64,000 nt of DNA from Ranitomeya imitator. Taxonomy: Eukaryota. The stretch is from assembly GCF_032444005.1 (NCBI RefSeq), contig NC_091283.1, forward strand, positions 271,684,001-271,748,000, written 5' to 3'. How positions within the stretch are numbered: position 1 is the stretch's first letter; every line of letters starts with the position of its first letter. A program made the translations under genes and the position numbers. Under the pieces are notes generated by a model that saw only the letters and a program-made list of their open reading frames with translations, was not told the origin of the DNA and made no database searches. Shown here one piece after another: positions 26,047 to 37,600 of the stretch.

Positions 26047-27093
26047 TCAGTTACGCACATAAGATAAATAACGATTCGACGACCACCTACCAATACGCCG
26101 AATAACCTCCGGGCCCAGCCCCAAACCAGCAGCCTCCGATGCTGCCCCAATTCGGAAGGAGTGCGTCCCAAATAACGCCGGATCCAGGCCCAAAATTGTC
26201 AACGCTTGTCTCAAAACAGCCGTAAACTGAAACCGCGATAAAAATTTGCCCTGACGATGCCGCAAAAGTGGCCCCGACCTATCCGGATCCAAACCCCAAT
26301 ACTCTTCCAAACACCTATGAGGGCACATTGCCCCCCCAATCACTTTTCCCAAAACCACACGCCTTCCTTTCCCCAACTGATCAGTCTTTGACCGCCGGAT
26401 CCAAAACGCAACCCCACCTGACCAAAATTCAGTATCCCCCGCCAACAAACCCCCAGCTGTAAACCTGCTAGGGGAAACCAGCTCCCCTATTCTCAACGCC
26501 CCGAAGAAGGCTAACGAAAAAGCCAGACGAAACAAAACAGCCTCATAATGAGAACTACAAACTTCCCCCAAGACTACACCCAAACGTTCCAACATCCCGA
26601 ACGATATGGGCAGCCGAGCGTCACACGTTGAAAAACCTCTTCTAAAACCTTTTAATGCCTGCCAAATCAAAAATTCCTTAGTAACATCAACAGAACCCTG
26701 AAGCTTGAAACCAAAAGCAACCCCAGCTATAAATTTATTCAACTTCGATACGGACCAGCCCCATTCAACCACCGAACCGATGAAAAGCAACAACGCCATC
26801 ACCTTATCGTCATCCGATTCGACTGAACCCAGCTGATCCAACCACCCTTCCCACAAATGCCACGACGCCTCATAACCTGACCACGTCCTTCCTGACACTG
26901 ACGACTGTATCAGACGTCCTCCTCGTCCGCAACTATCTGCCACAAATGAGAAGGGCATGTCGTTCCTGCATCTTCCGCCTCTGGAGCCAACTCCCGGAAA
27001 CGCGCCCACTGCAAACGAGACAGAGCATCGGCTATAGAGTTTTGCACACCGGGAACATGTACAGCTGAAATCCATGTATTCAACTCCAAGCAC
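26047..27093 (-). CDS. Tyrosine recombinase
   Basis: LAFFGALRIGEL (R), RSKTDQ (K), GTHSFRIGAAS (HxxR) and GRWSSNRYLSYVR (W, Y nucleophile). Overlaps the RT ORF by 184 bp. Confidence 0.93.
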   Translation of the reverse strand: MLGVEYMDFSCTCSRCAKLYSRCSVSFAVGAFPGVGSRGGRCRNDMPFSFVADSCGRGGRLIQSSVSGRTWSGYEASWHLWEGWLDQLGSVESDDDKVMALLLFIGSVVEWGWSVSKLNKFIAGVAFGFKLQGSVDVTKEFLIWQALKGFRRGFSTCDARLPISFGMLERLGVVLGEVCSSHYEAVLFRLAFSLAFFGALRIGELVSPSRFTAGGLLAGDTEFWSGGVAFWIRRSKTDQLGKGRRVVLGKVIGGAMCPHRCLEEYWGLDPDRSGPLLRHRQGKFLSRFQFTAVLRQALTILGLDPALFGTHSFRIGAASEAAGLGLGPEVIRRIGRWSSNRYLSYVRN

Positions 27094-28631
27094 CGCAAAA
27101 CTAACTCCCGAACCAATTTGATTACCGGAGGAGATGAAGATGACAGACTATTGATCACCGACACCACACTCGAATTATCGCAATGGAAACGTATCCGCCT
27201 ATCCTGAAACGTACTGCCCCAAATGAACACCGAAACCACAATTGGAAACAGTTCCAACAACGCCAAATTTTTTGTAAACCCCGCATCACACCACCAATCC
27301 GGCCATCCCCCAACGCTCCACTTTCCAGCACAATAAGCCCCGTATCCAACACTACCAGCCGCGTCCGTAAAAATTTCACAATCGAAATCGTTCAAATCCT
27401 CCTGTTGAATCAGGGCCCTGCCATTATAGTTGTCCAAAAAACGCCTCCAAACCACCAAATCCTCCCTGTGCTCCCTTCTCAATCGTACAAAATGATGCGC
27501 AGACCGCACACCGGCCGTAGCTCTCGACAATCTCCTACAAAATATCCTGCCCATCGGCATGATCCGGCACGCAAAGTTTAACCGCCCCAACAATGACTGA
27601 AGCTCTTTCAATGTAACCTTGCGCAGCTTCTCGCATCTCAATACCTCTTGCCGTAAGGCCAACAGCTTCTCCTCAGGCAAGCGACACTCCATCTTCACCG
27701 AATCTATAAGAATTCCTAAAAAACTCAACACAGTAACAGGTCCTTCCGTTTTGTCACGCGCTAAAGGCACCCCAAACTGGCCTGCTACCCACTCCATCGT
27801 AGCCAACAAATTGCCACACAGCAAAGAATCCGGGGGGCCAACAAACAAAAAATCGTCTAAGTAATGAATAACCGACGGCACCTGGGAAACGTCCCGAACA
27901 ACCCACTCCAGAAAAGTACTAAAAGCTTCAAACAGCGAGCAGGAAATTGAACAACCCATCGGCAAACACCTATCCAAGTAAAACCCTCCATTCCAAAAAC
28001 ATCCCAACAGCGGGATACTATCGGGGTGAACCGGAAGCAACCGAAAAGCCGATTCAACATCTGTCTTAGCCATTAATGCACCTGAGCCATACCTCCGCAC
28101 CCATTGCACGGCAGTATCAAAAGAGGTATAAACCACAGAGCAGAGATCCTCAGCTATCCCGTCATTAACTGACTGGCCCTTCGGATAAGACAGATGCTGA
28201 ATAAGGCGAAACTTGTTGGGCTCTTTTTTAGGAACCACCCCAAGCGGTGACACAACCACCCCCTCCACGGGTAAATCACTAAACGGCCCCGCCATGCGTC
28301 CAAGCTCAACTTCCTTTGCCAATTTAGCCGTAACCACATCAGGCTGCAAATTAGCCGACCTCAAGTTCTTCTTAGAAAAGGGGATAGCATGAGCCGGATG
28401 AGGAATTCTAAACCCCTCAGAAAACCCCTCACACAGCAACCTAGCCTTTTCCCTATCCGGATACCTACTTAGATAAGGGGTCATCCTTAGAACCTTCACC
28501 GGTGTCACCCCCATGACCGCCTCCCACTCCTGGTTTACCCCTCGCTTTCTTGAAACACTTGGCCGCTCCATGTGAGGCCCCTCCGCAGTGGGAAAAATTG
28601 CTCTCCTGCGTTCCCTTGGCAACGCAGTCAT
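26910..28631 (-). CDS. Reverse transcriptase-RNase H (DIRS/Ngaro type)
   Basis: Motifs SPLGVVPKK, AKTDVESAFRLLPV, LPMGCSISC, HYLDDFL, FTDAAG, ALLELFPIVV, FHCDN and NSIADALSR. 573 aa open. Confidence 0.95.
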   Translation of the reverse strand: MTALPRERRRAIFPTAEGPHMERPSVSRKRGVNQEWEAVMGVTPVKVLRMTPYLSRYPDREKARLLCEGFSEGFRIPHPAHAIPFSKKNLRSANLQPDVVTAKLAKEVELGRMAGPFSDLPVEGVVVSPLGVVPKKEPNKFRLIQHLSYPKGQSVNDGIAEDLCSVVYTSFDTAVQWVRRYGSGALMAKTDVESAFRLLPVHPDSIPLLGCFWNGGFYLDRCLPMGCSISCSLFEAFSTFLEWVVRDVSQVPSVIHYLDDFLFVGPPDSLLCGNLLATMEWVAGQFGVPLARDKTEGPVTVLSFLGILIDSVKMECRLPEEKLLALRQEVLRCEKLRKVTLKELQSLLGRLNFACRIMPMGRIFCRRLSRATAGVRSAHHFVRLRREHREDLVVWRRFLDNYNGRALIQQEDLNDFDCEIFTDAAGSVGYGAYCAGKWSVGGWPDWWCDAGFTKNLALLELFPIVVSVFIWGSTFQDRRIRFHCDNSSVVSVINSLSSSSPPVIKLVRELVLRCLELNTWISAVHVPGVQNSIADALSRLQWARFRELAPEAEDAGTTCPSHLWQIVADEEDV

Positions 28632-30270
28632 GGGGGGCTTTCCTTAACTCCGTTCCTCCTCCGTTCCTCCAGCCCCCCCTCTATTTGATAGGTCCCCTAC
28701 TTTATGCCACTAGAAACAGAAGAATTTTTGGGTGGCCTCTGGATCAGGCCTCTACAGCTTAATTTCAACCCAACAAAATGACAAAGTGTGATACAGCGGA
28801 CTGTCTAACTTTTTGCAACTGAAAAATTATAATTTTTTTTTTAATGTGACTTAGGTCTGCATACAGGTTCATATCACCATAGCACTAAATGACAAGCAGG
28901 CTTTCTCACATTTAGCTAGTGAAAAAATATTATTTAGAATGTTCTACTCGTGCATGGAGCACAATAGATGCAGTGCACAACACAATTGTAGGACATGTGT
29001 CCCGCTGGCTTTGTCTGTGGACCTCAGTAATGGCCAAAAAAAGTGCTGGAAGGTAAATGTAATGGCGCTAAAACAAGATGTCCACTCTTTACATGGAGAG
29101 GGACATGTGATTTCAGCAGCCAATGACAAAAGCCATTGTGACAGGACATTGTGGATGTTTCCTGCGCCTGATTGGCTAGCCTCAATGTGCACACATAAAG
29201 TTAGGAAAAAAAGAAAAAAAAGTACTGTTTACAAGAACGCCACGCCTCTGAATTCTGCAAACCCCCTCACCTCATCAAACACGTGCCAAACGCTCATGAT
29301 ACACCATCATTATCGTTGCTAAAGTGCTGAAAATACTTTTGTGGCAATGCAAATATTTTCCCGCACTTTTACGGAATGTTACCGATTTTATAAAATTTTG
29401 CTCGTGTTTCCAATCACGAATCCGAATGTGCCATATTCCTGCCGAATTTATGTTTGGCGATCGTTTTCAGAACAAATTCGCTCATCGCTACCCATAACTA
29501 CCCCCTAGTATAGTATAGTAGCTGGTTCACAATTATCTCTGCGCCCAGGAAATCAACAAGACATGACATCCAACTTAATATTCTTATTCCCCAGCCTATA
29601 TGTCACAAAAATGTTGAAATCTGGTGAAGAACAAAGACCATGTTGCTTGTCTATGCGTCAGACGCTTAGCAGATTCTAAGTATAAAAGACTTTTATGATC
29701 TGTGATTACCATAACCGGATGAACTGCCCTTTCCATAAAATGCTGCCACTTCTCAAAGAACCACTTAATTGCCAAGAGTTCCCTGTTACCAATGTAATAG
29801 TTTTTCTCTGTAGACGACAGTTTATTAAAAAAATGCGCATGGACCCCATTTACTAGGAAGTGCACCTGCAACAATACAGCCCCCCTTCAGATGCCTCAAC
29901 TTCAACAGTAAAAGGCTGAGTGATGTCAATGACGTCAATGATTGGTGCATAAGCAAAGCATTTCTGGACTATTTGGAAAAGTCTGTCCCTTTCCTGGTTA
30001 TATCCGTCAGATGTTTAGCCACTATCGAAAAGTTTTTGATTAACTTATGATAGTAGTTGGCGAAACCCAAAGACCTTTCTAACACCTTTAGGTCCTCAGC
30101 ACAATCCAAATCCAGCACCACCCAGACTTTCGCCAGATCTGTGCAAAAATCGGTGGACGATAAAAAAACAAGAAAAGGGATCTCCTGAACCAAGAAGATG
30201 CATTTCTCGGGTTTGACAAATAATTTATTGTCCCTGAGTATCTGTAGGACCTGCCTGGCATGTATCTTAT

Positions 30271-31288
30271 TGGAGCGCCCCCAGACACAGGGCCACGGGG
30301 TACTCGATCCGGGGTTGTCATGGTGGCTAGACCCGGTCTGTGATCCTGCTAAGGGGCGTCCAATGAAAGGTGATGGTGCCTGGTGCAAGGAATAACGAGG
30401 ATACAGGGTTGTAGTCTCTTTACCTTTTTACTGAAGGCTTCAGGGTCCGCAGTCCAGAGCACTGCTAATAGGGCTGGCTGAGACCGGCCGGTCTGAGGGC
30501 ACATCCAGAGTTCCCTTTGCAGGTGGGAATCAGTGTCTACCTTCTAGCGCCTGTGTGTTGTAGTTCTTCCCTGCTGAGCACCATGGGATAGTCCTCACAA
30601 CTGTCGTATCTGTTCCTTCTCTCTCTCCGTCCCCCAGATTATATGGCTAGGATGCACCTTTATGACAGGTAGGCCTAGAGTTATTCTGGGACCCTAGCGA
30701 CGCCCCTCTCCCACGATTGCCTCCTATGTCCATCTAGGTGATTTAAGTCAGACAGCCAACCTGTAATCAACTGTCCTGCCGCTGTTGAAGTAATGCGTGG
30801 AGTCTGTTACTTCCTCGGTGCTCCGGCCACCGGCTACGCGCCTCAGAAGGATGTTGCCAATCTCGGGGCACGACTCCTTCTGGTTCTATCTCTATACTCA
30901 TACTATGATCCCACTTCTCACTTCTCCACAATATCATTCTCTTCGTGTCCTTCCTTGAGATACCGCCACAAGGTAGTGCAGGCGCGGTCCCGTAACAATC
31001 TGTCCTTTCTGCTAGGTACCTGCCAGGTTCCCAGTTCTGACAGGTCCTCCCTCGAGCTCTCCCATGCTGCGTTCTACCCTAACTTCCTATTCAACCCCCA
31101 GTTTTACCAGTGTGAGGAGTGGCCTAATACATAGTGCCTTTTGCTCCCCCTGGTGGCCGGAGTGTGAAGTGTAGTGTGTGACTGTGATACCTGGTCAAGT
31201 GAACTCCTTTAGTGCAATCAGACATACAATCGCTCCCCTTAGTGGCAGAGCGACATTACTGCAACGACCAGGACTCTGGGGCGCTGCA
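30271..31288 (-). mobile_element. Solo LTR (same family as 3028-4295, opposite orientation)
   Basis: Termini TGGAGCGCCCCCAGA...CTGGGGCGCTGCA and a 4-bp TSD TTAT. Inserted in the old Gypsy RT. Confidence 0.92.
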
Positions 31289-31476
31289 TTATGATTTTAG
31301 GTAAGGCGAAAAAGTCAATATGTCATCAAGGTAGATCACAAGAAATTTACCTTCCGGGTCACTAAAAATGTCATTAACAAAGTGTTGAAAGATGGCATGA
31401 GCATTAGTCAACCCAAATAGCCTCAGGAGGTTTTCATAGTATCCCTCAGGTGTATTGAAGGCTGTCTTCCACTCAT

Positions 31477-32784
31477 AATAATAATAATATAATAATAATT
31501 TTTATTTATATAGCGCCAACATATTCCGCAGCGCTTTACAAATTATAGAGGGGACTTGTACATACAATAGACATTACAGCATAACAGAAATACAGTTCAA
31601 AACAGATACCAAGAGGAGTGAGGGCCCTGCTCGTAAGCTTACAAACTATGAGGAAAAGGGGAGACACGAGAGGTGGATGGTAACAATTGCTATAGTTATT
31701 CGGACCAGCCATAGTGTAAGGCTTGGGTGTTCATGTAAAGCTGCATGAACCAGTTAATTAATTATTTTTTTTTTTTTTAATATAGGCCACACAGGGATCG
31801 TTAGGTTAATGCATTGAGGCGGTAGGCCAGTCTGAACAAATGAGTTTTTAGGGCACGCTTAAAACTGTGGGGATTGGGGATTAATCGTATTATCCTAGGT
31901 AGTGCATTCCAAAGAATCGGCGCAGCACGTGTAAAGTCTTGGAGACGGGAGTGGGAGGTTCTGATTATTGAGGATGCTAACCTGAGGTCATCAGCGGAGC
32001 GGAGGGCACGGGTAGGGTGGTAGACTGAGACCAGAGAGGAGATGTAGGGTGGTGCTGAGCCATGGAGTGCTTTGTGGATGAGGGTAGTAGTTTTGTACTG
32101 GATTCTTGAGTGGATGGGTAACCAGTGTAATGACTGGCACAAGGTAGAGGCATCGGTGTAACGGTTGGTGAGGAATATGATCCTGGCAGCAGCATTCAGG
32201 ACAGATTGGAGCGGGGAGAGTTTGGTAAGAGGGAGGCCGATTAGTAGAGAGTTACAATAGTCCAGACGAGAATGAATAAGTGAAACAGTAAGAGTTTTTG
32301 CAGAGTCGAAAGTAAGAAAAGGGCGAATTCTAGAAATGTTTTTGAGATGCAGGTAAGAAGAGCGAGCCAGTGATCGGATGTGGGGGGTGAATGAAAGGTC
32401 AGAATCAAGGATGACCCCAAGGCAGCGGGCATGTTGCTTTGGAGTAATGGTGGAACCGCAAACGGAGATGGCAATGTCAGGCAAAGGTAGGTTAGTAGAG
32501 GGAGAAAACACGAGGAGTTCAGTTTTTGACAGGTTTAGTTTCAGATAGAGGGAGGACATGATGCTAGAGACAGCGGTAAGACAATCACTGGTGTTTTCTA
32601 ATAAGGCAGGCGTGAGATCAGGAGAAGAAGTGTATAGTTGGGTGTCGTCAGCATAGAGATGGTACTGGAAGCCAAATCTACTGATTGTTTGTCCAATAGG
32701 GGCAGTATACAAAGAGAAGAGGAGGGGGCCTAGGACTGATCCTTGAGGAACCCCAACAGTAAGGGGAAGGTGAGAGGAGGAGGA
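31477..32784 (-). mobile_element. 5'-truncated L2-type LINE
   Basis: (ATT)n tail and the GTAAAGCGCTGCGGAATATGTTGGCGCTATATAAATAA 3' motif. ACTCAT is duplicated at 31471-31476 and 32785-32790. Confidence 0.9.
31801..32784 (-). pseudogene. L2 ORF2 C-terminal RT fragment (open frame, 5'-truncated)
   Basis: [28 protein letters not shown] and LHWLP motifs. Confidence 0.92.
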
Positions 32785-34678
32785 ACTCATCACCCTCCTT
32801 TATGATATTGTATGCCCCCGTGTGTTTCATGTTAGAAAACCAATTGGCTCCTGTGATCTGACTAAAAAGGTCCGGGATAAGAGTGGATCCCGGACCGTAA
32901 TCTAAATCAGTTTGTGAAAATCCAGGCTAGGGTGTAACCTCCCCCCATCTATTTTATTGACAAAGAAAAACCCTGCTGCAACGGGAGATGAAGAAGGTCT
33001 GATATGACCCTTTGCCAGACTCTCAGCAATATAATCCTTTATGGACCAGAGATACTGTATAACCTGCTTTTTGGCAGCTTTGCCCTCGGAATAAGATTAA
33101 CAGAGCAATCATAAGGATGAGGTGGAGAAAGTTTTTGACACCACTATTGTGAAAAGACATCCCCAAAGACAGGCAGGTATTCAGTCACAGATTGGGTACC
33201 CACTGTGGCTAATTGGATGCTCAAGCAGTGTTCTTGACAATGCTTGCTCCATTTTACCACCTTCCAAGTCTGCCAGTCTATCACTGGATTGTGCAGTGTA
33301 AGCCAAGGTAGTCCAAGAACCTCAGGCCCTCTTTCACATAACAGTCTATAAGTTCGGAGTGCATGGCCGTATTTGTTGATGCAACATACGAACAACTTGA
33401 GTAAAATACCCAGGCTCAAGAGTGCAGGTTCTATCGCGACTATGGGTATAGATCTAGACAACTTATGTGGTTTCAGGCCATATGGCTAGATGAATCTAGT
33501 GTTGATCAAATTAAACCCCGCCCCACTATCCAAAAAGGCAGAAATGATCACCTCACTTTTGCCAAAGCGGATCTCGGCTGGTAAAAAAATTTATGACCTT
33601 CCTGCGGAGGAAATAAGTACTTCAGGGTTGCCAACCCGCACTCCTTAGTTTTCTGGCGGCTGTTCACGATGTGATATGGAAGGACAAGTATCCATGAAAT
33701 GATCCTTTCCACCACAGAACAGACACACTCCCCCTTTACGCTGAACTACAGTTGCTTCAAAAGAATGTGTCGCCCCTCCAAACTGCATGCGCTCCTCTGT
33801 TGACTCGGCCCAGGCTCCCATGACCTTGAGCCCTCCCGCAAATTAAAGTATCTTCTCATGTCTCTGACAAATATGGCGGTCTACACGAATGACCAGAGAC
33901 ATGGCTGCCTCAAAGGAGACCGAAGCTTCATACAGGCCAAGGGCATCCTTCATTTACGCTTACAGATAACTCTTGATAGAACTGACTACGGAGTGTGAGG
34001 TCATTCAACTTAGTATCAGTGGACCGCCTCCGAAACTTGGAGTAATACTCCATCGCTGGTGAGTCTCTGTGCTGAAGATGATGTAGCATAGATTCAGCCA
34101 GCGAAACACGATCGGGGTCTTCGTATATGTGACCGTGTAAAAATTACTCAACCAACCGAAGCAAGGAGAGTCTGCCAGGAGAGAGAATGCCCTGGCTTGA
34201 GCGTCTCCCTGTAGGAGCAAAATTACGATCCCTATCGATGATACTCAGTTCTTGAGGAGTGTGGATGTAACTTAAAGTATAGCTTACAGGCCTCCCTAAA
34301 AACAACAAACTTGTCATGTCCCCAAAAAAACCTGTCAGAGAAAGTGATCTTGAGCTCCACCTGGTGTTGCCTGGGAGTCCCTAAACCAGCCATGTCAGGT
34401 TGTTGTGCCACCTCAGTGTGAAGATCTGCTACGTACAGGCTGAGCTGCTGCAGTTTTCCAGCTAGAGCAGTAATAGGATCAATAATGGATCAAAAAATAG
34501 TCTGGGCCATGTGTTAATGCCACCACTCTGTTGTCAGATATCCCGGGGCAAGGGGCTCCTTCCCCCTGTCCCTAGTGCTGAGGGCACCCTAGCTATTCCT
34601 GTTCCCCGGATTACTTCTAATGGTGAAGATGCCTGGGCCACGTACCTTGCTAAATGTCCTGGCATCTGTTCCTTCCCC

Positions 34679-37600
34679 TGTTGTGAATTCTGTTGTCGAA
34701 CTCCCTCCTGTGGTCGTGAATGGTACTTCGGCGAGTTCTGTCCATGGACTCCCTCTGGTGGCTGTGAGTGAAGCTGCTGCTTCTGAGGTTCCTTACACAG
34801 GTGACGTGGTTTATCCTTTGGTTGGCTGCTCTATTTAACTCCACTCAGATCGTTACTCCATGCCTGCTGTCAATGTTCCTGCATTGGTTCAGTTCGCTCT
34901 TGGATCTTTCTGGTGACCTGTCTTCTCCAGCAGAAGCTAAGTTCCTGATAGTTATTATTTGTTCATTGTTTCCTTGTCCAGCTGGTTATCATGATTTTGT
35001 CTTGCTAGCTGGAAGCTCTGGGATGCAGAGTGGCATCTCCGCACCGTTAGTCGGTGCGGAGGTCTTTTTGCACACTCTGCGTGGTCTTTTGTAGTTTTTT
35101 GTGCTGACCGCAAAGATACCTTTCCTATCCTCTGTCTCTTTAGTAAGTCTGGCCTCCCTTTGCTGAAACCTGTTTCATTTCTGCGTTTGTGACTTTCATC
35201 TTTACTCAGTCAGTATATGTGGGGGCTGCCTTTTCCTTTGGGGAATTTCTCTGAGGCAAGGTAGGCTTTATTTTCTTTCTCTAGGGCTAGCTAGCTCTTA
35301 GGCTGTGAAGAGGCGTCTAGGGAGTGTCAGGAACGCTCCACGGCTATTTCTAGTTGTTGTGATAGGATTAGGGCCTGCGGTCAGCAGAGCTCCCACATCC
35401 AGAGCTTGTCCTGTGTGAGTTTAACTATCAGGTCGTGCCGGTGCTCCTAACCACCAGGTCATAACAGTACAGCTGGCCCAAAGTATTAATGCATCTCAAT
35501 AGAGGGATAAGAGAAGTTCTGAGACCATTTTTTTCTTTGCACTGTGTTTTGTCTTTCTTTTGCCCTAAACCTTTGGGTGGTTCAGGACACAGGTGTAGAT
35601 ATGGACATTCAAGGTCTGTCCTCTTGTGTGGATCATCTCACTGCAAGGGTACAAAACATTCAAGATTTTGTGGTTCAGAATCCTATGTTAGAGCCTAGAA
35701 TTCCTATTCCTGATTTATTTTCTGGGGATAGATCTAAATTCCTGAATTTCAAAAATAATTGTAAACTGTTTCTAGCTTTGAAACCCCGCTCCTCTGGTGA
35801 CCCCGTTCAACAAGTAAAAATCATTATTTCTTTGTTGCGTGTTGACCCTCAAGACTGGGCATTTTCCCTTGCGCCAGGAGATCCTGCATTGCGTGATGTT
35901 GATGCGTTTTTTCTGGCGCTTGGATTGCTTTATGATGAACCAAATTCAGTGGATCAGGCAGAGAAAATCTTGCTGGCTTTGTGTCAGGGTCAGGATGAAG
36001 CGGAGGTGTACTGTCAGAAGTTTAGAAAGTGGTCTGTGCTTACTCAGTGGAATGAGTGTGCCCTGGCGGCCATTTTCAGAAAGGGTCTTTCTGAAGCCCT
36101 TAAGGATGTCATGGTGGGATTTCACACGCCTGCTGGTCTGAATGAGTCTATGTGTTTGGCCATTCAGATCGATCGGCGCTTGCGTGAGCGCAAAGCTGTG
36201 CACCATCTGGCGGTATTCTCTGAGCATAGGCCTGAGTCTATGCAGTGTGATAGGACTTTGACCAGAGCTGAACGGCAAGAACACAGACGTCGGAATGGGC
36301 TGTGTTTTTACTGTGGTGAATCCACTCATGCTATCTCCGATTGTCCTAAGCGCACTAAGCGGTTCGCTAGGTCTGCCACCATTGGTATGGTACAGTCTAA
36401 ATTTCTTTTGTCCGTTACTCTGATTTGCTCTCTGTCGTCCTATTCTGTTATGGCATTTGTGGATTCAGGCACTGCCCTGAATTTGATGGACTTGGAGTTT
36501 GCCAGGCGCTGTGGTTTTTTCTTGGAGCCCTTGCAGTATCCTATTCCATTGAGAGGAATTGATGCTACGCCTTTGGCCAAGAATAAGCCTCAGTACTGGA
36601 CTCAATTGACCATGTGCATGGCTCCTGCACATCAAGAGGATATTCGCTTTTTGGTGTTGCATAATCTGCATGATGTGGTAGTTTTGGGGTTGCCATGGCT
36701 ACAGGTCCATAATCCAGTGTTGGATGGGAAATCTATGTCTGTGTCCGGCTGGGGTTGTCAGGGGGTACATGGTGATGTTCCATTGTTGTCAATTTCACCT
36801 TCCACTCCTTCTGAAGTCCCTGAGTTTTTATCAGATTACCGGGATGTATTTGAAGAGCCCAAATCTGGTGCCCTACCTCCTCATAGGGATTGCGATTGTG
36901 CTATTAATTTGATTCCTGGTAGTAAGTTTCCTAAGGGCCGTCCGTTTAATTTATCTGTGCCAGAGCACGCCGCTATGCGGAGTTATATAAAGGAATCCTT
37001 GGAGAAGGGTCATATTCACCCGTCGTCGTCACCATTGGGAGCAGGGTTCTTTTTTGTGGCCAAGAAGGATGGCTCTTTGAGACCTTGTATTGATTACCGC
37101 CTTCTTAATAAGATCACAGTCAAATTTCAGTATCCTTTGCCGCTGCTGTCTGATTTGTTTGTTCGGATTAAGGGGGCTAGTTGGTTCACCAAGATAGATC
37201 TTCGAGGGGCGTATAATCTTGTGCGAATTAAACAGGGCGATGAATGGAAAACAGCATTTAATACGCCCGAGGGCCATTTTGAGTACCTGGTTATGCCATT
37301 CGGGCTTTCTAGGGGGTCAAAGTGTCTCTTTGGAGTTCAGAAGGTTTCATTTTTGGGTTTCATTTTTTCCCCTTCTACTATCGAGATGGACCCTGTTAAA
37401 GTTCAGGCCATTTATGATTGGACTCAGCCGACATCTGTGAAGAGCCTGCAGAAGTTCCTGGGCTTTGCTAATTTTTACCGTCGCTTCATCGCTAATTTTT
37501 CTAGTATTGCTAAACCGTTGACTGATTTAACCAAGAAAGGTGCTGATGTGGTCAATTGGTCCTCTGCGGCTGTAGAGGCTTTTCAGGAGTTGAAGCGTCA

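Larger units (their letters stand above)
24199..28682 (-). mobile_element. Ngaro-type tyrosine-recombinase (DIRS-order) retroelement, gag-deleted
   Basis: Split direct repeats in the order A1(28682-28593)-ORFs-B1(25384-24952)-A2(24951-24632)-B2(24631-24199). RT-RNase H, YR and SGNH ORFs. No TSD. Confidence 0.93.
16745..29490 (-). mobile_element. hAT DNA transposon, 12.7 kb including nested insertions
   Basis: TIRs TAGAGATGAGCGAAT...ATTCGCTCATCGCTA and 8-bp TSD GCCATAAC/CCCATAAC (7/8). Contains a decayed transposase. Both flanks are Gypsy pol sequence. Confidence 0.9.

Noticed and set aside
34511-35094. ORFs duplicated at 39570-39896
   Set aside because: They lie within the two LTR copies and show no protein motif.
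35467-35490. Primer-binding site assignment for the young Gypsy
   Set aside because: GTACAGCTGGCCC follows the LTR, but I cannot match it to a specific tRNA without a search.
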